Assembly: GCA_964500725.1 (NCBI GenBank)
Contig: CAZCNP010000003.1
Location: 59,476 to 123,475, forward strand
Source of the DNA: an uncultured Gammaproteobacteria bacterium
GTDB lineage: Bacteria > Patescibacteriota > Microgenomatia > Daviesbacterales > UBA10151
DNA length: 64,000 bases
Direction of reading: 5' to 3'
Below, piece after piece: positions 18,613-27,719 of the stretch (positions are counted from its first letter, which is position 1; each line of letters starts with the position of its first letter). Made by a program: the position numbers and the translations under genes. Under the pieces are notes generated by a model that was not told where the DNA came from, did not search any database, and saw only the letters and a program-made list of their open reading frames with translations.

Positions 18613-19724
18613 CTTAGCCTGACTGGCATAATAATATACTCCAAACCTTCAACACCTACTGGTTTAACCAAAGCAGCAGAAAGAGGTCCGGAGAATTCAA
18701 TCATCAGCTGTGAAGTAGGGGAACTGGCCACAGCATCCAGTAAAAACTTGGTATTAAAAGCCACTTGTAATTGCTCACCTTCAACCTCTCCTTCGATCTC
18801 ATTTTCCTGGCTGCCCAGCTCTTTGGTATGAGACTCCAGTTTAAGCAATCCTTTATTGGTTGTTAAAACCACAATATTGGCCTCATTTTTGGCAAAAATA
18901 GCAGCCAGCTTGATCGCCTTTAACAATTCTTCTTTTTCCAATACTGCTCTGGCTATAAACTTTTGGGGGATAATTTTGCTCCAAGCAGGAAATTGCCCCT
19001 CAATTAGCCTTGAGGAAACTACAGTACTTCCTAGGGTAAAAACAATATGATTTTGATTTTTTGAGGTGGAAATACTAACTTCCTCAACATCTTCCTCAGA
19101 CATAATCCTTAAAACTTCTTCAAAGGTTCTTTTAGGAATCAGGCTTTTGAAGCGCGCTTCACCTTTTGGCAAACTAAACTGACGATGAGCCAATCTAAAA
19201 CCATCAGTAGCCACAAAATCCAGTTTGCCATCTGACATTTCAGTTAGTATTCCTGTTAACACTGGTCTGCCCTCATCAACTGCTGAAGCAAAAAGAATTT
19301 GAGATGAGGTTAAAAATGCTTCTTTGGGAAAATTAATACTGGCATCAGTGGCCAATGGGATTGCTGGAAACTCTGAGGCAGAAATTCCATTGATTGAGGC
19401 TTTTAATTTGCCTGATTGGACTGATAAGATTTCCCCTTCTGACTGTAAAGTGACTTCATTTTGTCCTAAACTGGCAATCAGTTCTACTAAAGTTTTAGCA
19501 GGAACAGTTATTTCCCCAGGCATTTGGGCATTCACCTTCAAAAACTTGATAACTCCAATTTCTAAGTTGGTGGAAGCTATTTTTAATTGCCTTTGTTTAT
19601 CTCCTGAATCTTCTATTGCTAAAAAGATATTATCTAGAACCGGGAGGGTTGATCTAATACCCACAGACCTAGCAACAGCCTGCAGAGAGGGTAGTAAATC
19701 TTGTTGTAAAATAGTAAATTTCAT
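18609..19724 (-). CDS. dnaN: DNA polymerase III beta subunit (sliding clamp)
   Basis: 'MKFTILQQDLLPSLQAVARSV…' is a typical DnaN N-terminus. The ~370-aa size and position downstream of dnaA agree. Confidence 0.85.
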   Translation of the reverse strand: MKFTILQQDLLPSLQAVARSVGIRSTLPVLDNIFLAIEDSGDKQRQLKIASTNLEIGVIKFLKVNAQMPGEITVPAKTLVELIASLGQNEVTLQSEGEILSVQSGKLKASINGISASEFPAIPLATDASINFPKEAFLTSSQILFASAVDEGRPVLTGILTEMSDGKLDFVATDGFRLAHRQFSLPKGEARFKSLIPKRTFEEVLRIMSEEDVEEVSISTSKNQNHIVFTLGSTVVSSRLIEGQFPAWSKIIPQKFIARAVLEKEELLKAIKLAAIFAKNEANIVVLTTNKGLLKLESHTKELGSQENEIEGEVEGEQLQVAFNTKFLLDAVASSPTSQLMIEFSGPLSAALVKPVGVEGLEYIIMPVRLS

Positions 19725-20176
19725 TCCGTTTCTTTTCTGGCAGAAACAAACCTATGAACTTCTTCTTCAGTCACCTTAATCAATCTAAAGTTAACCCTTC
19801 CTGAAACAATAAGATTTTTAATATGTTTTTCCTCCTCTGTCAAGATATGGAAACTGCCTGATTTAACTTCAATAAAATCAATTCGTTCATTATTTTTAAT
19901 CCCTATAAAATCAATTGGCCAACCCAAAGGGATAATCCGGTCGTAGTCATAGCGAAGCTCAGCGTAAGTTAAAAGCTCAGCCATTTTACCTTTTTGTGGA
20001 TTAATAGATCCTTGAATAGTTTGTAAAACCTTTGTTGGCAAATCTTGTACCCCTCTGTAAAGATCAATCAAATCTGTAGGAATATCTGTTTTCCCTTTAC
20101 CGTGAAGCCGACCTAGAAGATATGCAACTAAGAGTACCAATCCTAAGATCCCAGTTATCCACCAATTTATCTCCAT
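19721..20176 (-). CDS. Membrane-anchored PD-(D/E)xK nuclease-like protein inserted between dnaA and dnaN
   Basis: An N-terminal TM helix is followed by 'ELRYDYD…IDFIGI…IDFIEVKSG', an E…D…ExK pattern like YraN/NERD-type nuclease cores. Confidence 0.4.
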   Translation of the reverse strand: MEINWWITGILGLVLLVAYLLGRLHGKGKTDIPTDLIDLYRGVQDLPTKVLQTIQGSINPQKGKMAELLTYAELRYDYDRIIPLGWPIDFIGIKNNERIDFIEVKSGSFHILTEEEKHIKNLIVSGRVNFRLIKVTEEEVHRFVSARKETE

Positions 20177-20348
20177 TGTTGTAGATTATACTCTATCTTT
20201 TAAAATAGTAGTTATATTAATATGCTTGGTGGATATGTTGGTAAGTGCAAAATTCAGCTTCATTTTTTGGTAAATTTTCGTGTTTACAGCCTGTTTACAG
20301 ATAGTGGATAAATTGTGGAAAACTACCACAAGCTTGTGGATAAGTTGC
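20177..20348. promoter_or_regulatory. Candidate oriC, DnaA-box cluster plus an AT-rich stretch
   Basis: A perfect TGTGGATAA lies at 20335-20343, AGTGGATAA at 20303-20311 and TGTGGAAAA at 20314-20322. TGTTTACAG occurs twice at 20281-20300. An AT-rich segment spans 20190-20230. Confidence 0.55.
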
Positions 20349-21692
20349 TCAATTTATCATGCGCTGTTTTACCTCGGTTAACATTCTTTGCACTTCCCTA
20401 TCTGTGCTGACTAGTTTTTTCATCTTATCCCTGCCATGCATGATGGTAGTATGATCTCTGCCACCCAAGATCTGGCCGATTTTTTCCACAGTCAGTCTAA
20501 GTTCCTCAGACAAAAGATACATGGTAAGATGGCGAGGCAGCACCAGCTCTTTTTGTCTTTTGGGTCCAGTCAGATCTTTTAAGCTGACATCAAAAAAGGC
20601 GCAGATGGAAGATAAAACTTGTTTATGATCAGAAATAACAGGTTTTTTAGCAACTTTGCCTAAATAGTTGGCAATATTTTCTGGATCAGTGGATAGGTTT
20701 TGAGCTTTGAGAGCTTGAAGTATTTGTATTAGTTTTCCCTCCAGCTCTCTGGTATTTGATTCCAGAGAAGAGGCAATTAGTTTGAGTGAATCTTCAGGCA
20801 GTGTGGTGCCTTGTTGTATGCACTTTGCTCTTAAAATTGCCACTCTAGTGTCAAAATCAGGCTGTTGGATATCAATCATTAGCCCCCCAGCAAAACGGCT
20901 TTTGAGTCTGTCTTCCAGTTTAGCAATCTCTTGTGGGGGTCTATCTGAGGTTAAAATCATCTGAGAGTTTTTAGATTGCAGATCATTGAAAGTATGGAAA
21001 AATTCTTCCTGAGTTCCTTCCCTGCCAGAGAAAAACTGAATATCATCTATAAGTAAAATATCAGCCATTCTATATCTTCTCCTTAAATCCCCCATTTTGT
21101 GCTCTTGGATGGCTGCCACATAATCATTCATAAACTTTTCTGAAGAACAATAGATTACCTTTAAATTTTTTTTCTTGGCCAGCAAAGCATTACCAATACC
21201 TAACATTAGATGAGTTTTACCAACTCCTGTTCCCCCATATAAAAATAAAGGATTGTAGCTCATGCCAGGGTTTTGAATTACAGCCTGAGCTGCAGCATAA
21301 GCCACATTATTAGAAGGTCCCACCACAAAATTTTCCAAAGTATATCTAGGATTTAAAACAGCGGATACAGTTTGGGCTGGTTGAAAAAAACTGTCTTCAT
21401 CTTCTTGAGTATTTTGTTCTGAGGCTTCTATTTCTTTGACAATAAATTCTACTTTAATTTCCCTGCCCAATAGCTCAGAAAAGGTCTTCTCTATTAAAGG
21501 AAGATGTTTTTGGTTTAATGTTTCTTTGGCAAAAGCATGAGGAGTGGAAATTATGATTTTATCTTCCTCTAATGATTTAAGTAGAGTTCTAGAAAAGAAA
21601 GTTTTGAAGTTAGCAGTGCCAATTGTAGGTTTTATTATTTCTAAAAATTTGTGCCAGAGGCGTAGGTTGTCCATTGTGGATAAGTTATCCAC
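20349..21692 (-). CDS. dnaA: Chromosomal replication initiator protein DnaA
   Basis: Walker A 'GGTGVGKTHL' with AAA+ and C-terminal DNA-binding regions. The ORF as listed begins with GTG; an ATG seven codons in may be the true start. Confidence 0.9.
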   Translation of the reverse strand: MDNLSTMDNLRLWHKFLEIIKPTIGTANFKTFFSRTLLKSLEEDKIIISTPHAFAKETLNQKHLPLIEKTFSELLGREIKVEFIVKEIEASEQNTQEDEDSFFQPAQTVSAVLNPRYTLENFVVGPSNNVAYAAAQAVIQNPGMSYNPLFLYGGTGVGKTHLMLGIGNALLAKKKNLKVIYCSSEKFMNDYVAAIQEHKMGDLRRRYRMADILLIDDIQFFSGREGTQEEFFHTFNDLQSKNSQMILTSDRPPQEIAKLEDRLKSRFAGGLMIDIQQPDFDTRVAILRAKCIQQGTTLPEDSLKLIASSLESNTRELEGKLIQILQALKAQNLSTDPENIANYLGKVAKKPVISDHKQVLSSICAFFDVSLKDLTGPKRQKELVLPRHLTMYLLSEELRLTVEKIGQILGGRDHTTIMHGRDKMKKLVSTDREVQRMLTEVKQRMIN

Positions 21693-21693
21693 A
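21675..21693. promoter_or_regulatory. Inverted pair of perfect DnaA boxes at the dnaA 5' end
   Basis: TGTGGATAA at 21675-21683 and TTATCCACA at 21685-21693 are both perfect consensus 9-mers, consistent with autoregulation or an origin element. Confidence 0.55.
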
Positions 21694-21771
21694 ATTTAAT
21701 TCACCAGGCTATTTTTGACAATATAGAGAAACTATTAAAAACTAGATCAACTTTTATGATATACTTTTTTT

Positions 21772-22173
21772 ATGACAAGCAGCAACCTAGATGAAAAAAA
21801 ATTAGCAAACATATTTAAACTCTTACCTGCAGTTAAACTGGTTTATTTTTTCGGTTCCAAAGCTTTGGGGAAAGAAGGGCCTTTAAGTGATTATGATTTT
21901 GCAGTGTATTTAGATGAACAGGACGCTAAGAAAAGGTTCCAAACCAGAATGGAACTTCTGGGTAAATTATCCATAAGTTTAGGTACTGATAAAATAGATT
22001 TGTCTGTTTTGAATGATATTGAACGCCCTGAGTTAAAATACTCTATCATTACCAGCGGTCATGTAATCTACGAACGGGAACCGTTTAAGATCTTACTTGA
22101 ACCCAAAATCCTTAACGAATATTTTGATTTTATGGATGGTTTAAAGAGGTTTGGATTGACAAGAAACATATGA
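21772..22173 (+). CDS. MNT-type nucleotidyltransferase antitoxin
   Basis: 'FFGSKALGKEGPLSDYDFAVYL' gives the GS…DxD minimal nucleotidyltransferase motif. It overlaps the downstream HepT gene by 4 nt. Confidence 0.7.
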   Translation: MTSSNLDEKKLANIFKLLPAVKLVYFFGSKALGKEGPLSDYDFAVYLDEQDAKKRFQTRMELLGKLSISLGTDKIDLSVLNDIERPELKYSIITSGHVIYEREPFKILLEPKILNEYFDFMDGLKRFGLTRNI

Positions 22174-22589
22174 GTAATATTTCGGTGGTTGAATCTAAGG
22201 CTAGTTCTATCCAAAAATATCTTAGGATTTTAAAGACCTTCCAGCATTTTCCTCAAAACAAATTAGAGAGTGACCTTATCTTAAAAGGGGCAGTGGAGCG
22301 TTATCTTTATCTGCTAAGCCAGGCAGTGATTGATTTGGCAGAAGCCATGATTGCTTTAAAAGACTTCCGCCGTCCTACTACCTACAGCGATACTTTTCAT
22401 ATTTTGCATGAGGAAGAATTTATTGATGTTGATCTTACAGAGAGGTTAATTAAGATGTCGGGATTCCGCAACATCATTGCCCATGATTATGAAGATTTGG
22501 ATTTTGGGATTATCTATGATGTTTTACAAAACCATCTGCAAGATATTGAGGAATTTTTATCGGTTATTAAAGATAAACTGCATTCTTGA
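22170..22589 (+). CDS. HepT/DUF86 toxin
   Basis: 'FRNIIAHDYEDLD' is the Rx4HxY HepT motif. Length is 139 aa. Confidence 0.75.
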   Translation: MSNISVVESKASSIQKYLRILKTFQHFPQNKLESDLILKGAVERYLYLLSQAVIDLAEAMIALKDFRRPTTYSDTFHILHEEEFIDVDLTERLIKMSGFRNIIAHDYEDLDFGIIYDVLQNHLQDIEEFLSVIKDKLHS

Positions 22590-22833
22590 TATTTTGTACA
22601 GATGACTACAGAAATAAAAAGAGGGTATGCTCTGATTGAAGGAAGGGCTAAACGTAGAGATTTTGCCAAAGAGTATGCAAGTACTTTAAGAGACAGAACC
22701 CATTGGTATACAGTTCCTGCAGAATCAGGTGGAGCAGCAAACAGCAGATGTTCAACTACCGGAATCATTTTCAATAATCAGTATTCAAAGATGACTAATT
22801 GTATTTACGTGTCTGATTTAGTAAACTACACAT

Positions 22834-22971
22834 ATGCCAAAACGAACATATCAACCAAAGAAGGTAAAAAGAATTAAAAAGCATGGTTTTAGAGCCAGAA
22901 CACAAACTGCTGGTGGCAGGAAAGTCTTAAAAAGAAGAAGGGCTACAGGTAGAGCTCGCCTCACAGTTTAA
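22834..22971 (+). CDS. rpmH: 50S ribosomal protein L34
   Basis: It translates to [45 protein letters not shown] (45 aa), a canonical L34. It is not in the supplied ORF track, being under the track's minimum ORF length. Its stop overlaps the rnpA start (TAATG). Confidence 0.9.
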   Translation: MPKRTYQPKKVKRIKKHGFRARTQTAGGRKVLKRRRATGRARLTV

Positions 22972-23306
22972 TGCTTTCAAAAGATAAACGCCTTAACTTA
23001 AAAAAGGATTTCAAATGGGTAGCTGCTGGTAAGAAGCTGGAAACACAGTATATAAAGCTGTTTATAAAACATGGAGACAATAAAATACCAAAGGTAGGAA
23101 TAGCCCTTTCTTCCAAATATTTTAAAAAGGCTACAGAAAGAAACTTAGCTAAAAGATTGGTCTCGGCAGCTTTTGAAAGTTTATACCAAAGTCTTCCTAC
23201 TACTATTAATATTGTGGCTCTTCCCAAACACAGGGTAATTAAGGTAAAATCAACTGATGTGCTTTTGGATCTGGAGGAAGGATTAAAAAAAGCAGAAGTA
23301 TTATGA
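22971..23306 (+). CDS. rnpA: Ribonuclease P protein component
   Basis: A basic 111-aa protein immediately after rpmH with a '…KRLNLKKDFKWV…LAKRL…' RnpA-like sequence, in conserved rpmH-rnpA-yidD-yidC synteny. Confidence 0.8.
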   Translation: MLSKDKRLNLKKDFKWVAAGKKLETQYIKLFIKHGDNKIPKVGIALSSKYFKKATERNLAKRLVSAAFESLYQSLPTTINIVALPKHRVIKVKSTDVLLDLEEGLKKAEVL

Positions 23307-23503
23307 AATCTCTACTAGTAGCTTTAATAAATTATTATCAAACCTATCTCTCCTTTGACAAAGGTATACTAGCTTTATTTGCTCCAGGAGGGGCTTGCAG
23401 GTATAATCCTTCCTGTTCGCAGTATTTAAAACAAATGATTAAAGAATATGGTGCTTTAAAAGGACTTGGGCTGGGTTTGAAAAGAATTTGGAGCTGTAAA
23501 TAA
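23303..23503 (+). CDS. yidD: Membrane protein insertion efficiency factor YidD
   Basis: 'ALFAPGGACRYNPSCSQY' is the YidD signature. Length is 66 aa. Confidence 0.85.
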   Translation: MKSLLVALINYYQTYLSFDKGILALFAPGGACRYNPSCSQYLKQMIKEYGALKGLGLGLKRIWSCK

Positions 23504-24343
23504 ATGGGTCCTATTATTGATATTTTCAACTTAATATTTTTTGGCCCAGTAATTAATTTATTAGTATTAATTTTTCAAGGGTTACAAGCTATTGGTATTC
23601 CAGGGGCTTTGGGTTTTTCTATAATGATTTTAACTGTCTTAATTAGAATCCTGGTTTGGCCTTTTATGTCCTCCCAAATTAAAGCCACCAAAAAAATGGC
23701 TGATTTAAAGCCTCATTTGGATGTTTTGAAAGCTAAACATAAAGATGATAAGCAGGCTTTAGCTGCTGCCCAGATGGCTTTATATAAAGAGCATGGGGTA
23801 AATCCAGCAGGTGGTTGTTTGCCAGCTGTAATTCAGATCCCAGTGTTTATTGCTCTTTATCAGGCCATAATTAATATCTTGCCTGGAGCAGGCGGAAATT
23901 TAAATGTTATAAATTCCTTGCTATATTTTCCCCAGTTTAAGCTGCCTGCAACTTTAGATCCTAATTTTTTTGGACTTAATTTAGGTATTAAGCCTGCAGA
24001 ATTTGGAAAATACGGCGCATTGCTTTTGCTCATACCAATTATTACTGCTTTGCTGACTTTTGTTCAATCCAAGATGACTTTGCCCAAACCTGTAAAGCAG
24101 TACCCATCAGATTCTCCTAAAGAGAAGAAGGAAAAAGAAAGTATAGAAGATAGTATGGGTCAGGTTCAGTCCCAAATGGTATTTTTAATGCCAATTATGA
24201 TTGGTTATTTTGCCTTCTCTTTTCCAGTAGGGCTTGCAATTTATTGGAATACGTATACAATACTAGGCATCTTGCAGCAGCACAGGGTTTCTGGCTGGGG
24301 AGGAATGGCTGATTTGATAGCTAAGTTAAAAAGTAAAAGTTAA
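23504..24343 (+). CDS. yidC: Membrane protein insertase YidC (short form)
   Basis: 279 aa and multi-TM, with 'PFMSSQIKATKKMADLKPHL…LYKEHGVNPAGGCLP' as the conserved YidC/Oxa1 core. Confidence 0.85.
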   Translation: MGPIIDIFNLIFFGPVINLLVLIFQGLQAIGIPGALGFSIMILTVLIRILVWPFMSSQIKATKKMADLKPHLDVLKAKHKDDKQALAAAQMALYKEHGVNPAGGCLPAVIQIPVFIALYQAIINILPGAGGNLNVINSLLYFPQFKLPATLDPNFFGLNLGIKPAEFGKYGALLLLIPIITALLTFVQSKMTLPKPVKQYPSDSPKEKKEKESIEDSMGQVQSQMVFLMPIMIGYFAFSFPVGLAIYWNTYTILGILQQHRVSGWGGMADLIAKLKSKS

Positions 24344-24356
24344 AAAGTAAAAAATT

Positions 24357-24845
24357 ATGGAACAGCAACTATCAGATATATTAGATAACCTACTGGGAAT
24401 GCTTCTTTTGGAAGGCAGCTATGATATTGAAGAAAAGGATGATAACTTTTTAGTTTCAATTGAAACTAAAGATGCTGGAAGGCTTATTGGAGCCAGAGGT
24501 GAGTCTTTAGATTCCCTGCAGCTGCTAGTAAACCAGATGGTTTCTAAAAAGGTTGGAGAGGATGGATACAAAAGAGTGGTGATTGATGTAATGGACTGGA
24601 GAAAACAAAAAGAGGAAGAACTGGTAAAAAGTGCTCAAAGTTGGGCAAAGCAAGTTTTAGAAAGTAAGCAGCCTTTGGATTTGGAACCTCAATCCCCTTG
24701 GCAGAGGAGAATTGTCCATATGACTATTTCTGGGTTGGATGGGGTGGAAAGTGAAAGTGTGGGTGAAGGCAGAGACAGACACATTGTTATCAAGTTAGCA
24801 GATCAAGGTTCAAATGCAAAAGACGACGAAGCTCAAGAAGCTTGA
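24357..24845 (+). CDS. Jag/KhpB-like RNA-binding protein (KH + R3H)
   Basis: It follows yidC, the conserved position. 'KDAGRLIGARGESLDSLQ' is KH-like and there is a C-terminal R3H-like region. Confidence 0.7.
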   Translation: MEQQLSDILDNLLGMLLLEGSYDIEEKDDNFLVSIETKDAGRLIGARGESLDSLQLLVNQMVSKKVGEDGYKRVVIDVMDWRKQKEEELVKSAQSWAKQVLESKQPLDLEPQSPWQRRIVHMTISGLDGVESESVGEGRDRHIVIKLADQGSNAKDDEAQEA

Positions 24846-26046
24846 GGAAATCCTTCTTTTTTTAACCCTGCTTTTTCTTCCTACACAACTCGGTAAACAT
24901 TTTTGGCCAACTTTTTCATATATTTACTCTCTAAAAATAGATTATCTATCCCCCACTGTTTATTTTTGGGATCTGCTAGCAGTAACCCTTCTTTTGGTAT
25001 GGGTTTTGACAAGACCTAAAATAAACAAAGTTGCTTTAAACCTATTTTTTCTTTTCTTGCTAAGCCAGGCGCTCTCCCTGTTTTCTGCAGCTAACTTGGG
25101 GGCAGGACTGGTCAGGATGGAGCAGTACGGGGTTGCAGGATTATTTGGGGTCTTTTTAGCCTCGTCTGATTTTAATAGCTTGAGAAAGAAAATTTACCTT
25201 CCTCTTGCTCTAGGTATTTTAACTGAATCTGTGCTGGCTATTTTGCAGTTTGTTAAAGGAGGGCATTTAGGATTTTGGATTTTAGGGGAAAGAGCTTTTT
25301 CTATTACCACTCCAGCTATTGCTAAATTTGATTTTCAAGGCAGGCAATTATTAAGGCCATATGCAACTTTTCCTCACCCTAATGTGCTAGCAGGTTTTTT
25401 ACTGCTAGGGATATCTGTCTTGTACCAGCTATTAAAAGAGAGGAAGATTTTAATTAGTTTGGTGTCTATTTTGGGAGGGGTAGCTGTTTTTCTTGCTATG
25501 TCCAGAACTGTTATTTTGGCAGGAATTGTCTTGGTGGCAGTTTTGCTAAAAAGAAACTGGTTGATTTTAATAGGTATTGCTCTTTTGGTTGTTTCTCCTG
25601 TTCTGTTTACCAGATTTGCTAGTATTTTAAATTTTGATAATTTAACTTTACTCAGAAGAGAGCAATTGATTGGAAATGCTTGGGAGATATTTTTAAAAAG
25701 CCCAGTTTTTGGGACAGGTCTGAATAGTTTTATTCCCACAATATCCTCTACTTTACTAACTGGCCCCAGCAGATTTTTGCAGCCGGTTCACAATATTTTT
25801 ATGCTATCTTTAGCAGAGACAGGGTTGGTAGGCTTTTTTGGGTTACTATTTTTAATTGGCTACCCTATTTGGAAAATGTACAAGGTAAAATTTACAATGT
25901 ACAATTCATTGCCTTGGTTTATTATCATTTTTCTGGGGATGTTTGATCACTATTTTTTAACTCTGCCACAAGGATATAGACTGCTTTTTTTGGTATGGGG
26001 ATTGTCATTTTCTTTTTTGGCTCTTCATTCTAATACCCGTTCTTAG
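24814..26046 (+). CDS. O-antigen ligase (Wzy_C) family membrane protein
   Basis: A polytopic protein with the 'SRTVILAGIVLV' and 'PVHNIFMLSLAETGLVGFFG' (HN…E.G..G) O-antigen ligase motif. Confidence 0.55.
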   Translation: MQKTTKLKKLEEILLFLTLLFLPTQLGKHFWPTFSYIYSLKIDYLSPTVYFWDLLAVTLLLVWVLTRPKINKVALNLFFLFLLSQALSLFSAANLGAGLVRMEQYGVAGLFGVFLASSDFNSLRKKIYLPLALGILTESVLAILQFVKGGHLGFWILGERAFSITTPAIAKFDFQGRQLLRPYATFPHPNVLAGFLLLGISVLYQLLKERKILISLVSILGGVAVFLAMSRTVILAGIVLVAVLLKRNWLILIGIALLVVSPVLFTRFASILNFDNLTLLRREQLIGNAWEIFLKSPVFGTGLNSFIPTISSTLLTGPSRFLQPVHNIFMLSLAETGLVGFFGLLFLIGYPIWKMYKVKFTMYNSLPWFIIIFLGMFDHYFLTLPQGYRLLFLVWGLSFSFLALHSNTRS

Positions 26047-26061
26047 TATTCTAAATAGTAT

Positions 26062-27276
26062 ATGAATTATTTTTCTAAAATTTTTCAGCAAACTTCTTGG
26101 CAGATTTTGGGAAAAGTTGTGACTTCTTTTTCCACCTTTATTATTCTTGGGATGGTTGCCAGAAATTATGGTAAGGAAGGAACAGGCCTCTTTACCCTAG
26201 CTTTAACTTACCTGGCTATATTTTATATGCTGTCTGATTTTGGTTTTAATGCCCATGTTATAAAAGTATTTAAAGAGCAAAACTCAGATATAAAGTCTGA
26301 ATGGAGACATGTATTAGGTACAAGGCTTCTGTGGTCAGCAGCCTTGGTTATTTTGGCAGTAGGGTTACTGCCTTTTTGGCCTTTTACTAACCCTAATTTT
26401 GCCCAGGCTGTCCTATTTGGTAGTTTGGCAATTGTAGGTTCAGCTGTATTTGTGACTTGTAATTTAATCTTTCAAACCAAGTTAAGATATGATTTGTCAG
26501 TTTTGGCATCAAGCATTGGAGTCTTAGCTAGTCTAATAATTTCTGCTGCCATAGTTTCTTTGGGTTGGCCAGTTACTACTCTTTTAATTGCTCATTTTGC
26601 AGGATGGTTAATAATTGCAATAGCTGCCCTTTTTTTTATAAAGAGATTTATTGGGAATATCAATCCCCTATTTGATAAAAAATATGCCATGAGTTTACTT
26701 AAAAAGACTTGGCCAATTGCAGCTACCCTTTCTTTAAATGTGCTGTATTTTAGGGCAGATGCATTTCTAATTGCTTATTTTAAATCTGTAGCTGATGTGG
26801 GTATTTATAATGTGGCTTATTCAGTTTTTCAATCTGCTTTGGTGCTGCCAACTTTTATAATGAATGCTTACTACCCTTTAATGCTTAGATCCTTAAGCGG
26901 AATAAAGCTTATGATATTGGGTCTGCTGGGGATTTCGATTGCTGGCAGCATGCTTACTATATTTTTTTCTCCACTTATAATCAATCTTTTAACAGGTGGC
27001 GGATTTGAGGGCTCCATTACAACTTTGCAAATTCTCTCCTTAGGTTTTCCAGCATATTTTCTCTCATCGCTGATGATGTGGCTGTTTATTTCCAAAGATA
27101 AATATAAAGTTATGCTTTTGCTTTACACGTCTGGGACGATATTTAATCTAGTTTTAAACTTTGTTTATATACCCAAGTATTCTTTCCTAGCAGCTGCCTG
27201 GACAACGGTAATTTCCGAGTACTTGATTTTACTTTTACAAGCAGCTATCTTAACAAGGGAAAGGTTTAGTAAATGA
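26062..27276 (+). CDS. Polysaccharide/oligosaccharide flippase (MOP/Wzx-type)
   Basis: 404 aa with about 12 TM helices, adjacent to the ligase-like gene. Confidence 0.55.
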   Translation: MNYFSKIFQQTSWQILGKVVTSFSTFIILGMVARNYGKEGTGLFTLALTYLAIFYMLSDFGFNAHVIKVFKEQNSDIKSEWRHVLGTRLLWSAALVILAVGLLPFWPFTNPNFAQAVLFGSLAIVGSAVFVTCNLIFQTKLRYDLSVLASSIGVLASLIISAAIVSLGWPVTTLLIAHFAGWLIIAIAALFFIKRFIGNINPLFDKKYAMSLLKKTWPIAATLSLNVLYFRADAFLIAYFKSVADVGIYNVAYSVFQSALVLPTFIMNAYYPLMLRSLSGIKLMILGLLGISIAGSMLTIFFSPLIINLLTGGGFEGSITTLQILSLGFPAYFLSSLMMWLFISKDKYKVMLLLYTSGTIFNLVLNFVYIPKYSFLAAAWTTVISEYLILLLQAAILTRERFSK

Positions 27277-27680
27277 AACTTGTAATTTACACAGATGGCG
27301 CTTCTCGGGGAAATCCCGGGCCCTCAAGCTATGGTTACACGCTCTCGGACGGAAGTGGAAACTTAATTTACGAGGAAGGTAAATATATCGGTATTACAAC
27401 TAATAATGTGGCAGAATATACCGCGGTTTACGAGGCCTTAAAGTATATAAAAGGAAAGTATGACAGGATGAAAATAGAGCTGGAGCTTTTTGCTGACTCA
27501 AAGTTAGTAGTAGAGCAGCTGTCAGGAAGATTTAAAGTAAAAAGTGAACACCTTAAGCCTTTAATAGAAAAAATCAGGCTACTCAGTCAGCAATTAGGAG
27601 GGGTAGTTCACACCCATGTGCCAAGGGCGCAAAATACTAAAGCTGATAGATTGGCTAATCTTGCCCTAGATTCTCGCTAA
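27273..27680 (+). CDS. rnhA: Ribonuclease HI
   Basis: 'MKLVIYTDGASRGNPGPSSYGY' is an RNase H N-terminus with DEDD-type residues. Length is 135 aa. Confidence 0.8.
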   Translation: MKLVIYTDGASRGNPGPSSYGYTLSDGSGNLIYEEGKYIGITTNNVAEYTAVYEALKYIKGKYDRMKIELELFADSKLVVEQLSGRFKVKSEHLKPLIEKIRLLSQQLGGVVHTHVPRAQNTKADRLANLALDSR

Positions 27681-27719
27681 TTGACATAGATCGTCACCGT
27701 TTATCTCTATTGATTTTAT

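Noticed and set aside
22602-22877. 91-aa ORF upstream of and overlapping rpmH
   Set aside because: It overlaps the rpmH start in a different frame and has no motif. More likely it is a chance ORF in the rpmH leader, and the real small gene here is the rpmH CDS at 22834..22971.
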